Positions 10,586-19,728 of a DNA stretch of 64,000 nucleotides are shown piece after piece (positions within the stretch are counted from its first letter, which is position 1; each line of letters begins with the position of its first letter). The DNA is taken from NCBI GenBank assembly GCA_963665845.2, contig OY762492.1, positions 3,616,001-3,680,000 on the forward strand. The letters run 5' to 3'. Below the pieces are notes generated by a model. It was not told the DNA's origin. It saw only the letters and a program-made list of their open reading frames with translations, and made no database searches. The stretch comes from Candidatus Poribacteria bacterium. Lineage in GTDB: Bacteria; Poribacteria; WGA-4E; GCA-2687025. The translations under genes were made by a program, and so were the position numbers.

Positions 10586-10876
10586 TTGTCGCTCACGAAA
10601 GAAGAAACGGCCAACATCATTGCGGAGCATCGGCGAGGCGACAACGACACGGGAAGCCCCGAAGCGCAGATCGCCCTGCTCAACGCCCGGATCAAGCATC
10701 TCACGCAGCATTTTCAGACGCACAAACGCGACCACCACTCCCGCAGGGGGCTTTACAAGCTGGTCGGTCAACAGCGGCGCATACTGCGTTACCTTTACCG
10801 AAAAGACATTGAGCGGTATCGAGACATCATTGCGAAGCTCGGGCTTCGAGACCGCATCTCGCCGCGCAGTTCCTGA
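10586..10876 (+). CDS. rpsO: 30S ribosomal protein S15
   Basis: [12 protein letters not shown]...[21 protein letters not shown]...YR.II.KLGLR. Confidence 0.97.
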   Translation: MSLTKEETANIIAEHRRGDNDTGSPEAQIALLNARIKHLTQHFQTHKRDHHSRRGLYKLVGQQRRILRYLYRKDIERYRDIIAKLGLRDRISPRSS

Positions 10877-10939
10877 CATCTCTGGAAAAGAGAGTCCGGC
10901 CGAACATCATTCACAAGACGCACCTGGAGAAACCGCATC

Positions 10940-13264
10940 GTGAAGAGCGTTGAAATCCCTCTCGGAGACCCCTCACACAACAAAACGATCGTCATTGAAA
11001 CTGGAAAAATTGCGAAGCAAGCGCACGGATCCGTATGGGTCCGGCAGGGCGAAACCGCCGTATTGACAGCGGCGGTCGCCGACACCAAAGGACGGGAAGG
11101 GATTGACTTCTTCCCTCTCACCGTCGATTACCGCGAACGAATGTACGCCTCCGGCAAAATCCCCCAAATCTACGGCAGGCGGGAACCGAGGCCGGGCGTG
11201 GACGAAACCCTGACGGCTCGGCTCATTGACCACTGCATCCGCCCGCTTTTTCCGAAAGCGTTTCGAAACGAAACGCAGGTTCAGACGCTGGTCGTTTCCG
11301 CCGACCTCGTCCATCCCGCAAACAACCTGGCGCTCATCGGCTCCTCGGCGGCGCTGTCCATCTCGGACATACCTTTTAATGGTCCCATCGGCGGCTTGAC
11401 CGTCGCGCGCGTCAGCGGCGAATGGGTCGCCCTCCCAACCTATGAGGAGATGGAGGAGGCGGATCTAGAGTTTCTCGTCACGGGCGGCAAGAACGGCATC
11501 ATGTCGGTCGAAGGTTCTGCCCATGAGGCGGACGAAGAAACGATCGTGGAGGCGCTCGCCTTCGCGCAGGAGCAGATACAGACGATCATCGAGGCGCAGG
11601 AACAGCTTGTAGCGGAAGCGGGCAAGCCGAAGCGCGAGGTCGCGCCGAAGAGCGAATCGGAAACGCTGAAAACGCGCATCCGCGAGCTTGCGGCGACGCG
11701 CATCCGCGAGTCGATCGGCATGGAGTCGCTGGACGAGCGCGGCGCGCATCTGGACGGGATGCGGGAGGAGATCGCGGGCGAAATCTCCGAAGAGTTTGCC
11801 GAGGAGTTTGTGGACGACGAGGACGCCTTCCATAAGCAGACCGCGGACGCTTTCCGCCTTGTGGAAAAGGAGGAGATGCGCCGCTCCATCTTGGAGGAAG
11901 GCAAGCGGCTGGACGGGCGCGCCGTGGACGAGCTGCGCAAGATCGATTGCGACATCGGCATTTTGCCGCGGGCGCATGGGTCGGCTCTGTTCACGCGCGG
12001 GCAGACGCAGTCGCTCGCGGCGGTGACGCTCGGCACCGCGCTGGACGCGAACACGTCGCGCGGCTTGCGCGGCGAAACGACGCAGCGGTTCTTCCTGCAT
12101 TACAACTTCCCAAGTTACAGCGTCGGCGAGGTGCGCCGCATCACCGGTCCTGGGCGGCGCGAAATCGGGCATGGCGCCCTTGCCGAAAAAGCGATCGCCC
12201 CGCTCATTCCAAGCGCCGAAGAGTTTCCGTACACAATTCGCGCCGTCTCCGAGATCACCGAGTCGAGCGCGTCGTCATCGATGGCGAGCGTCTGCAGCGC
12301 ATGCTTGGCGCTGATGGACGCGGGCGTTCCGCTGCATAAGCCGGTGGCGGGCGTCGGCGTCGGCCTCATCAAGGATGGGGATCAGGAGTCGATCCTGACC
12401 GACATGATCGGCGAAGAGGATTTTCTGGGCGATATGGACTTCAAGGTGGCGGGAACGGCGGACGGCGTCACCGCGATTCAGCTGGACATCAAGATCGATG
12501 GCGTCTCGATTGAGCTGATGGCGCGGGCGCTTCAACAGGCGAAAGAGGCGCGGCTGCGCGTCCTGGAGCTGATGGCGGCTGCCATCGCCGAGCCGCGCGC
12601 CGACCTTGCCCCGCATGCGCCGCGCATTCAGATCACGCAGATCGATCCGGAGCGCATCGGCGAGCTGATCGGACCTGGCGGAAAAGTGATACGCGGGCTG
12701 CAGGACGAGTTCGGCGTCACGATCAATGTCGAAGAGGACGGCACGGTCCAGGTCGCCACGGCGGACGGCGAGGCGGCGGAAAAGGCGCTGGGCGCCATCG
12801 CCGACCTGTTTTACGAGGCGCAGCCGGGCGACGAGATTCACGGCAAGGTGACGCGCGTCGCTCCGTTCGGCGCCTTTGTGTCGGTGAAGCCGGGGCAGGA
12901 CGGGCTGATTCATATCTCCGATCTGGCGTCGGGTTATCTCCGCCGGGTGGAAGATGTGGTCAACGTCGGGGATGAAATATCCGTTCGCGTGACGAAGGTG
13001 GATGAGCGCGGGCGCGTTGACCTGGAGCCGATTGAGAAGTTTGAAGGCTCCGAAGAGGAGCCTGATGATCGGCGCGGCAGCGGACCCTACCGCAAATCCG
13101 GCGGCGGTCAGTCAGAACGGCGCGGCAGCGGACCCTACCGCAAATCCGGCGGCGGTCAGTCAGAACGGCGCGGAAGCGGACCCTACCGCAAAAACTCGGA
13201 CAGACGAAACAACCGCGGCAACGACGAACGCAGCGCTCCGAGAGTACCGAAAGCGCGCTTCTAA
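10940..13264 (+). CDS. pnp: Polyribonucleotide nucleotidyltransferase (PNPase)
   Basis: DFFPLTVDY, RAHGSALFTRGQTQ, HYNFP.YSVGE, RREIGHG.LA, GDMDFKVAGT, KH domain (IGPGGK) and S1 domain. Confidence 0.97.
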   Translation: MKSVEIPLGDPSHNKTIVIETGKIAKQAHGSVWVRQGETAVLTAAVADTKGREGIDFFPLTVDYRERMYASGKIPQIYGRREPRPGVDETLTARLIDHCIRPLFPKAFRNETQVQTLVVSADLVHPANNLALIGSSAALSISDIPFNGPIGGLTVARVSGEWVALPTYEEMEEADLEFLVTGGKNGIMSVEGSAHEADEETIVEALAFAQEQIQTIIEAQEQLVAEAGKPKREVAPKSESETLKTRIRELAATRIRESIGMESLDERGAHLDGMREEIAGEISEEFAEEFVDDEDAFHKQTADAFRLVEKEEMRRSILEEGKRLDGRAVDELRKIDCDIGILPRAHGSALFTRGQTQSLAAVTLGTALDANTSRGLRGETTQRFFLHYNFPSYSVGEVRRITGPGRREIGHGALAEKAIAPLIPSAEEFPYTIRAVSEITESSASSSMASVCSACLALMDAGVPLHKPVAGVGVGLIKDGDQESILTDMIGEEDFLGDMDFKVAGTADGVTAIQLDIKIDGVSIELMARALQQAKEARLRVLELMAAAIAEPRADLAPHAPRIQITQIDPERIGELIGPGGKVIRGLQDEFGVTINVEEDGTVQVATADGEAAEKALGAIADLFYEAQPGDEIHGKVTRVAPFGAFVSVKPGQDGLIHISDLASGYLRRVEDVVNVGDEISVRVTKVDERGRVDLEPIEKFEGSEEEPDDRRGSGPYRKSGGGQSERRGSGPYRKSGGGQSERRGSGPYRKNSDRRNNRGNDERSAPRVPKARF
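13070..13192 (+). repeat. 48-bp coding tandem repeat (about 2.6 copies) in the pnp tail
   Basis: CGGCGCGGCAGCGGACCCTACCGCAAATCCGGCGGCGGTCAGTCAGAA at 13070 and 13118, partial at 13166; encodes RRGSGPYRKSGGGQSE. Confidence 0.9.
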
Positions 13265-13313
13265 CGGCGGACGGGCGGGGCAGCGCATAGGCGATGGCGT
13301 TCATTTTGACACA

Positions 13314-13488
13314 AAAGCGGTCGCTTCGCGCCCCCGTCGTCATTCCCGTGAAAACGGGAATCTTAGGCGCCCAAAGCGGTCGCTTCGCGCCCCGTCGTCA
13401 TTCCCGTGAAAACGGGAATCTTAGGCGCCCAAAGCGGTCGCTTCGCGCCCCGTCGTCATTCCCGTGAAAACGGGAATCTTAGGCGCCC
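13314..13488. repeat. Three tandem 58/59-bp units, each with an ATTCCC-N8-GGGAAT palindrome
   Basis: AAAGCGGTCGCTTCGCGCCCCGTCGTCATTCCCGTGAAAACGGGAATCTTAGGCGCCC starts at 13314, 13373 and 13431. Confidence 0.95.
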
Positions 13489-13843
13489 ATGAAATATAGA
13501 GCGGCGGCTGCCGCGGTTCTTGCGGCGGCTGCGCTTCTCTCTGGATGCGGGGGCAAAGAGAAGCCCGATTCGATCGCATGGCGCCATATATCGCCGGACG
13601 GAAAATTCGCTGTTACCGCCCATCGCACAAGCGAGTCGATTCAGATATGGAATCTCGAAACGGGAAAGCGCATCTGAATCATCAAAAAGCTGCGCGGTAT
13701 ACCAAGATGTAAAAACAGGCAAGATTGTCAAAACGCTGCCGCGCTCCGACCGCGTCTTGAGCGTTGCGTTCACGGAGGACGGGAGCGAAATCGTCGGCAT
13801 GTCCGCCGACCTGGCGATACAGCGCTGGGATCTCAAGAAGTGA
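13489..13843 (+). pseudogene. Disrupted WD40-repeat lipoprotein
   Basis: Lipobox LSGC, then ISPDGK...IQIWNLETGK, TGA at 13675. A different frame continues DVKTGKIVKTL...VLSVAFTEDG...IQRWDLKK. Confidence 0.7.
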
Positions 13844-13872
13844 GCGGTTTGGCGGCGACTGCGATGCCTTAA

Positions 13873-14022
13873 GATTCCCGCTTGCGCGGGAATGACCGTC
13901 AGCGGCGGCGCGGGTTTCTGGACTCCCCCTTGAAAAGGGGGGGTTTTCCACGGACGCGGGCATGACAGCCAAACGCGGACGTTATGCGTTCGCCTCTGGA
14001 TTCCCGCTTGCGCGGGAATGAC
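13873..14022. repeat. Mosaic of palindromic repeats (BIME-like)
   Basis: GATTCCCGCTTGCGCGGGAATGAC at 13873 and 13999, flanking CCCCCTTGAAAAGGGGG at 13925. Confidence 0.85.
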
Positions 14023-14071
14023 GGCCGGCGGCGCTTGCGCGCAGGGCGTTCAGGCGCTATGCTAGTCGCAT

Positions 14072-14590
14072 ATGAGCCTTAAGGAGCCGCCCAAAATGAG
14101 CGTCATGCGCATCGCGTCTGTTCTGTTAGCGGTGTCGGTTTGCGTCGGGTGCGGTTATCAATCGCCCGCGCTTTCCTCCTATCTGAAACATATCAAGACG
14201 ATACGCATTCCGCCGATTGTCAACCAAACCGCCTCTTTTGAATTGGGCGACGAGATGACGAGCGAGCTGCAGAGCCGCTTCAGGTCCAAGTGGCGCGCTG
14301 GGGACGATTCGACGCTGCTTTTGACGGCGCTGGATTATGAAATACGCGCCCGAACATACGATGTGAACAACCTGCCGGAGCAGTACCGCATGTCGATCAG
14401 CGTTCAGTACGAGTTCATCGACAATGTGAAGCGCAAGTTGATCAAGAAAGAGAACGGCTTTCAGTACCATCGAGACTTTTACGCCGTTGAGGGCGCGCCG
14501 GAGCCGATGGAAACCGAAGAGCAGGCGCGGACAAAATTGATCGACGAGATCGCCCGCGCGTTGTACAGCCAGCTTGCTGAGCAGTGGTGA
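14072..14590 (+). CDS. LptE-like LPS assembly lipoprotein
   Basis: Lipobox CVGC-GY; IKTIRIPP..NQT; final helix E.QAR..LID.IAR.LY.QL.EQW. Confidence 0.65.
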   Translation: MSLKEPPKMSVMRIASVLLAVSVCVGCGYQSPALSSYLKHIKTIRIPPIVNQTASFELGDEMTSELQSRFRSKWRAGDDSTLLLTALDYEIRARTYDVNNLPEQYRMSISVQYEFIDNVKRKLIKKENGFQYHRDFYAVEGAPEPMETEEQARTKLIDEIARALYSQLAEQW

Positions 14591-15558
14591 CGTTGAAAAC
14601 GGCCGCCGCGGCTCTTCTGGCGCTGGCGCTTGCCGGATGCGGGTCGTCAGAGCCGACAACCTACGCCGCTGTCCACAAGCGTACCGTGACGGCTGTTTGG
14701 AACGCTGTCGACAGGCGCGCCGCGCTGGAGGTCTTGAAGCAGTGGACGGCGGACGCCCCGCCGGACGCGCCCGAACCGGCGCGCCATTCCGCGGCGGATA
14801 TAGACAGGCTGATGCCGGCAAGCGGCGCCGTCAACGGATGGGAGCGGGTTGAAGAGCCGCAGCCGTTGAAACCCGCAGAGCTGGAAACGATCCGCGGACT
14901 TGACCCAGCGCGGCTGAACGCCTTCCATTTCCAGAGCGGGCTGATCTGCGACTATAGAAACCCTAGCGTCTTTCCGCGCCCGCTTCTTCGCTGCATCCTT
15001 TTGGATATGGGAACGCCTGAAAACGCTTTTGCGTATTACGCCAGCAAGCGCCGCCCGGACGCCGACTATGAGCTGTTCGGATCGGAAGGTTTTATGGAGG
15101 CGGATTTGGCGGTTTTTTGGGAGGATCGGTTCTGCGTTGAGACGAGCATTTACGCCTACGCCACCGACACGGTCAAGGCGATGCGCCAGTTTTCCGAGCA
15201 TCTCAGCGGGCGGATACGCGGTTCAGGTTCGGAGCCGGCGCCCATCGAATCGCTGCCGCTGTTGACAATGAACCCGCGGACGCCGCGCTGGTTTCGGACG
15301 CCTGAACAGATGCGCTACGCGACGCCCGGCTTATCCGGCTTCGAGGCGTTTGAAGGCGCGGCGAGGGGCTTCACCGCATGGCTGCATTTCGGCGGGGATG
15401 AAAAGGCGCCGGTTTTATGGGCGGAATTCGCGTCTGAAGAGCAGGCGCAAAAGGCGTTTGAAGATTTTAAAAAAACGCATGGCGGAGCCGCCTTTAACCT
15501 CAGAAAAAAGGGCGTTGAGGCGTTTAAAGCAAAAAAGAAAGCGGGGGACGGCAAATGA
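14584..15558 (+). CDS. Putative lipoprotein of unknown function
   Basis: Lipobox LAGC; DMGTPENAFAYY and FWEDRF segments; translationally coupled to both neighbours. Confidence 0.6.
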   Translation: MVTLKTAAAALLALALAGCGSSEPTTYAAVHKRTVTAVWNAVDRRAALEVLKQWTADAPPDAPEPARHSAADIDRLMPASGAVNGWERVEEPQPLKPAELETIRGLDPARLNAFHFQSGLICDYRNPSVFPRPLLRCILLDMGTPENAFAYYASKRRPDADYELFGSEGFMEADLAVFWEDRFCVETSIYAYATDTVKAMRQFSEHLSGRIRGSGSEPAPIESLPLLTMNPRTPRWFRTPEQMRYATPGLSGFEAFEGAARGFTAWLHFGGDEKAPVLWAEFASEEQAQKAFEDFKKTHGGAAFNLRKKGVEAFKAKKKAGDGK

Positions 15559-16937
15559 AACCGAACATCCTTTTTGTGTTTTCTGATCAGCACCGGGCGA
15601 CCGATCTGGGATGCTACGGCAACGGCGCGATACAAACCCCGCATTTTGACCGCCTCGCCGAAGAAGGCGTCCGCGCGCGGACATGCGTCTCCAATACCCC
15701 CGTCTGCGGACCCTACCGCGCGAGCCTCATGACCGGCATGTATACCAGCCGATGCCGGTATCTCACGAACTATGTCCCGTTCAACCCGACCCGTCCATGC
15801 GTCGGCGACTGGTTTCAACAAAACGGGTATTCAACGGGTTATATCGGAAAGTGGCACCTGCATTTCCCGAAAGGCAAATCTGGGCAGGGGGGCAGGGGTT
15901 ATGTTCCGCCCGACAAGCGCGGCGGATTTCGCGATTACTGGCGCGGCTTCAACGGCGGACACCGCTATTATCAGTGGACATACTACAAGGACGATGACAC
16001 GGAGCCGACGCAAAGCCGCAGCTATCAGCCCGAAACGCAGGTTGATCAGGCGCTGGAGTTTATCGGGCGGAAGCATGAGAAGCCGTGGGTTCTGTTTTTG
16101 TCATGGGGACCGCCGCATACGCCGTTCAATCCGCCGCCGGGATACGCCGAGACCTATCAGGACGCGCCGCTCCCGCCGAATGTGCCGACAGGGCGGGCGT
16201 CGGAATACGCGCGGCGCAACCTTGCCCGGTATTACGGGCTGATTCATTCGCTGGACGACGCTTTCGGGCGGCTCATGGAAGGGCTGGACAAGTTGAGCGC
16301 GCCTGAAAACACGATCGTTGTGTATACCTCCGACCATGGGGAAATGCTTGGATGCCACGGCTATAAGGGAAACAAGCGTTGGCCGTATGACGCTTCGCTG
16401 CGCGTTCCGTTCATAATACGCCAGACGGATCGGCTGCCGGCGGGGGGCGAGCTGCGCCGTCCGCTTGGGACGCCCGACCTGTATCCGACGCTGGCGGAGC
16501 TGGCGGGCTTGCCGATTCCCGCGGGCTTGGACGGCAAGAGCGCCGCGCCGGCGCTTCTCAACGGCGACGAGAGCGGGCGCGGCGCGTACGCCTACTGCTC
16601 CATGCCGTATGCGTATGTGCCGTGGCCGGGCTGGCGCGCCCTGCGCGGAGAGCGTTGGATGTACGCCCGAACGAAAGACGCCCCATGGCTGCTGTTCGAT
16701 TTGGAGAACGACCCGTATGAGCTGCGCAATCTTGTGGAAGAGGCGGAGCATGCGCCGCTTGTCAAGGAGCTGGACGCCGAGATGACGCGCCGCATGGCGC
16801 AGGCGGGCGACTCCTGGAACGACGCGCTGGAAGAAGGCGATTGGCAGCTTTGGTCTAGAGCCGGGACGGGCAAGATGCGCGCCAACTCGCTCGGCGTCCC
16901 ATGGCCAGGTTCCGGCGGAATTGAGAAGGCGGATTGA
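15555..16937 (+). CDS. Formylglycine-dependent (S1) sulfatase
   Basis: KPNILFVFSDQHR, CGPYRASLMTG (CxPxR), GY.GKWHL, PPHTP, YTSDHGE, LFDL..DPYE..NL. Confidence 0.93.
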   Translation: MKPNILFVFSDQHRATDLGCYGNGAIQTPHFDRLAEEGVRARTCVSNTPVCGPYRASLMTGMYTSRCRYLTNYVPFNPTRPCVGDWFQQNGYSTGYIGKWHLHFPKGKSGQGGRGYVPPDKRGGFRDYWRGFNGGHRYYQWTYYKDDDTEPTQSRSYQPETQVDQALEFIGRKHEKPWVLFLSWGPPHTPFNPPPGYAETYQDAPLPPNVPTGRASEYARRNLARYYGLIHSLDDAFGRLMEGLDKLSAPENTIVVYTSDHGEMLGCHGYKGNKRWPYDASLRVPFIIRQTDRLPAGGELRRPLGTPDLYPTLAELAGLPIPAGLDGKSAAPALLNGDESGRGAYAYCSMPYAYVPWPGWRALRGERWMYARTKDAPWLLFDLENDPYELRNLVEEAEHAPLVKELDAEMTRRMAQAGDSWNDALEEGDWQLWSRAGTGKMRANSLGVPWPGSGGIEKAD

Positions 16938-16944
16938 CGCTCCC

Positions 16945-18120
16945 TTATGACGCCGTCTGGAACCGCTCCCAGTTGCCGCCGGAGTCTGCCGCTTGCCGCT
17001 CCAGCTCGGTTCGCCAACCGACGAAGGCGCCCTCTTTGATCTGCTGAATGTCGAACCCGGAGTAGCGGTCTTCGAGTGTATCGCCGAGGCGGTGACGCTC
17101 CGCCCATCGGTCCCACGCCGTTTTCATCCATTCATGCGGCAGCGCTTCGCGAACGGCGGGATCCAGCATCCATGCGAAGCGCGCGTCCGCAACAGACGGC
17201 TCGCCCTCAAAGGGTCCGCCCCATTTTGACCAGCCGATAGAAAGCGTGTTGCGTTCGCGTTCAGGGACGGTATGCCCCGTGTGGATGGCGGCGCCGTTGC
17301 GTATGAGCGCTTCGCCCGGCTTGAGGCGGATGGCGGTCTGACCGGGCAGCGGGTCTTTGCCGTTCCAGCTCGGCGTGTGGGGGACGCCCTGATCCTTCAT
17401 CGATTTCGGCAGCAGGACATCATGCTCAAACGGCGTCCGCCAGCGATGGTGGCTTCCAGGGATCATCTCGTGGCATTCGTCGTCCGTGAGCGCCAGGAAC
17501 ATGCTGACCCCGCTTCGGCTCTCAATGGAGCGTTCGTTGCGTTCCTGTATCTCTTTCCAGCGGATGCGTTCCACCTCTTCAGAGTAATCTTCGGACGTTT
17601 CGCCGCGCACTTCGCGCTGGGAGAAGTACCCCTTGCCGGTACCCCACCATGTGACGTCTCGATGCCAGCTGAGCTGGTTCTCGTTTTTTCGCGGATTGCA
17701 CCAGAGCAGCATGTTGGTCAGCGCCAGCTCCTCTTTTTGGACGCCGCACCATGCGTCCACAAACTTGAGCATTTCGTCCGACCCGTGAAATTCGGCGAAG
17801 GACGGCTCCTTGAAGGCGGGGTGAATCAGCCCGCGGATCGCCCAGGGTTCGTTTTCGCCGGCTCGGTGGACATACCCTTTTGAGCAGTCGATGATGTCGT
17901 ACACGTTTTCGGGCGCGCATGCCTGCGTCACCCGACGCCCCGCCTCGCGCAGTATCGGTATCCATGGGCTGCCGACAAAGTCGGTGATAATGACAAATCC
18001 ATGCTCGCGCAGATGTTCAAGGCGTTCGGGGGTGGCGCCTGGGGCGGAAAGCTCCGGTTTGGAATCGGCAAACGCGGGGGCGCGGTAGGTTTCTTTTTCG
18101 GGGGACGTTTCGATGGACAT
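16945..18120 (-). CDS. Phytanoyl-CoA dioxygenase (PhyH)-family Fe/2OG dioxygenase
   Basis: HLREHGFVII, WHRD (HxD), IPGSH, LKPGE.......IHTG...ERNTL. Confidence 0.8.
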   Translation of the reverse strand: MSIETSPEKETYRAPAFADSKPELSAPGATPERLEHLREHGFVIITDFVGSPWIPILREAGRRVTQACAPENVYDIIDCSKGYVHRAGENEPWAIRGLIHPAFKEPSFAEFHGSDEMLKFVDAWCGVQKEELALTNMLLWCNPRKNENQLSWHRDVTWWGTGKGYFSQREVRGETSEDYSEEVERIRWKEIQERNERSIESRSGVSMFLALTDDECHEMIPGSHHRWRTPFEHDVLLPKSMKDQGVPHTPSWNGKDPLPGQTAIRLKPGEALIRNGAAIHTGHTVPERERNTLSIGWSKWGGPFEGEPSVADARFAWMLDPAVREALPHEWMKTAWDRWAERHRLGDTLEDRYSGFDIQQIKEGAFVGWRTELERQAADSGGNWERFQTAS

Positions 18121-18192
18121 CGCCGTTCTCCATTCGCGTTGATTATGGGCGTCAACCCTCGCCGCCCAGCATGCCTTCTTTGTGAGCGCGCG

Positions 18193-18957
18193 TCAAGCGC
18201 TGACGGTCAGCTGTCTGGAGGCGGCGCGCCATTGATGAATATGCTTTGCGATCTCGATGACGGGCGCCGTCCAGATGCGCTCGCGGTGTCGGTTCAGCGC
18301 CTCGCACAGCTCTCTAAAGTCGGACGCGCCGACGGAGAGATGCCCAGAGCCGACGCCGTGAAAGGTCATGATCGCCCAGCGCCCCTGCGCGGCGGCTTGA
18401 TCGGCGAGTCCAAACATCTCCGCGCCGGACATGCGCCTGCAGTCGTACGAGGACAGGCAATGCAGGTCGCACAACAGCGGATGGTTCGCCCATTCGCCGA
18501 TTCCGCGCGACGCGATAAAATGGCGCGCCGCGACCGGCACATAGCTTTGGCGCGTCTCCCCCTCGCCGACGAAGGTTTGCGCGCATGGGTAGCAAAAGGT
18601 GCATTCGGTCTGTTCAGGTATGCCTTCGCGCAGGCGCGCCTGGGCGTCCAGGATGTCCGCCTCGATAGTCTCCAGCGTGACCGTTTCCAGTCCGCCGCCG
18701 TCCGCGCGGAAACCGAAGTTGCGCGAGCAGATATGCTGAACCGTATGGTTCCCAATCTCATGCCCTTGGCGGTACGCCTCGCGCCAAGGTTTGAGCCATT
18801 CGACATAGTCGGCGGGCGGATTCACATAGAAGGTTCCCGCCATGTCAAGCCCGTTCATCATCGGTATGGCAGTCTCCAGCTGGGAGGGGTGTCCGTCGTC
18901 AAAAGTGAGAGAGACGGCGCCCGCGCGTCCGTCCGGCCATTCAAATGCCCCGCTCAT
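18193..18957 (-). CDS. Polysaccharide deacetylase (CE4/NodB) family protein
   Basis: AVSLTFDDG, GTFYV, GHEIGNHT..H, FCYPC, IMTFH. Confidence 0.85.
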   Translation of the reverse strand: MSGAFEWPDGRAGAVSLTFDDGHPSQLETAIPMMNGLDMAGTFYVNPPADYVEWLKPWREAYRQGHEIGNHTVQHICSRNFGFRADGGGLETVTLETIEADILDAQARLREGIPEQTECTFCYPCAQTFVGEGETRQSYVPVAARHFIASRGIGEWANHPLLCDLHCLSSYDCRRMSGAEMFGLADQAAAQGRWAIMTFHGVGSGHLSVGASDFRELCEALNRHRERIWTAPVIEIAKHIHQWRAASRQLTVSA

Positions 18958-18966
18958 GATTCTCTC

Positions 18967-19218
18967 CTATTCGATATGGATCATCTCGGCGCGAATCGTT
19001 TCGGCGCCGCTTGGCAGGCTTACGTTGGATTTCGTCTTCGTATAAAAGATGAAGCCGTTGTATTTTGCCGCGTATATCGATTTCATAAGCCCCCGCGCTT
19101 CCTGCACAATCACGAACGGCTTTTCGATCTTTCGAACGATCTGCTCAAACTCGTCTTCTTTAACCCTGACAAATCCGATTCCGCCCGATCCTGAGGATGT
19201 CGGTACCACTACTACCAT
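18967..19218 (-). CDS. Small hypothetical protein (paralogue A)
   Basis: GGAAGG RBS upstream; aligns with 19276-19554 (V...DEFE.I..K.EKPFV.V...Y....GF.F.T...V.LP..A...RA). Confidence 0.65.
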   Translation of the reverse strand: MVVVVPTSSGSGGIGFVRVKEDEFEQIVRKIEKPFVIVQEARGLMKSIYAAKYNGFIFYTKTKSNVSLPSGAETIRAEMIHIE

Positions 19219-19275
19219 CTTACGCCTTCCTTGCCCGTTTGCCCGCTTTCACGATAACGCTGTTGGGCGGCTGCG

Positions 19276-19554
19276 TCAACGAAAAAGGGCATAAAAGCTG
19301 GTTAACTTCACCGACAACGGTATCAATACTTTTTGAGCGCGCATGACTTGAGCCTCATCAGGCAGGTTGACATGATTAGAAACAGTGAAGAAGAGAAAAC
19401 CGCTGCAGCTGATGAGATAAAGCGGTTTGACTCTCTTTTTTTGAAGAACAACGACGAACGGCTTCTCCATCTTGGCGGCAATGCGCTCAAATTCGTCGCT
19501 GTCCACCATGACCATTGCGAACGTTCCTGTCGGAAAAATGGTTGATGCGTCCAT
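19276..19554 (-). CDS. Small hypothetical protein (paralogue B)
   Basis: GAGG RBS before ATG 19554; homologous to the adjacent 18967-19218. Confidence 0.65.
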   Translation of the reverse strand: MDASTIFPTGTFAMVMVDSDEFERIAAKMEKPFVVVLQKKRVKPLYLISCSGFLFFTVSNHVNLPDEAQVMRAQKVLIPLSVKLTSFYALFR

Positions 19555-19728
19555 GTTTATGCCGCGCCTCGTCTGTATGTTGTTATGGGCTACGATACCG
19601 CTTTTGGGCGTTTGCGTCAATAGGGGCGCAATGGGGCAGTCTCTATAGATACGAGTTGCCGCCGTCTCCGCCAAGCGTTATACTGCCTGCGTCTAATCGA
19701 TACGGCGACGCATCTGGAGAAAGAAACG

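Noticed and set aside
13314-13488. Possible CRISPR array (regularly spaced palindromes)
   Set aside because: The intervening sequences are identical, so there are no unique spacers. There are no cas genes, and the palindrome is dispersed elsewhere as a REP.
13675-13677. TGA recoding (selenocysteine or readthrough) in the WD40 ORF
   Set aside because: Readthrough loses WD40 similarity within a few codons and the remainder is in another frame. TGA is a normal stop throughout the window.
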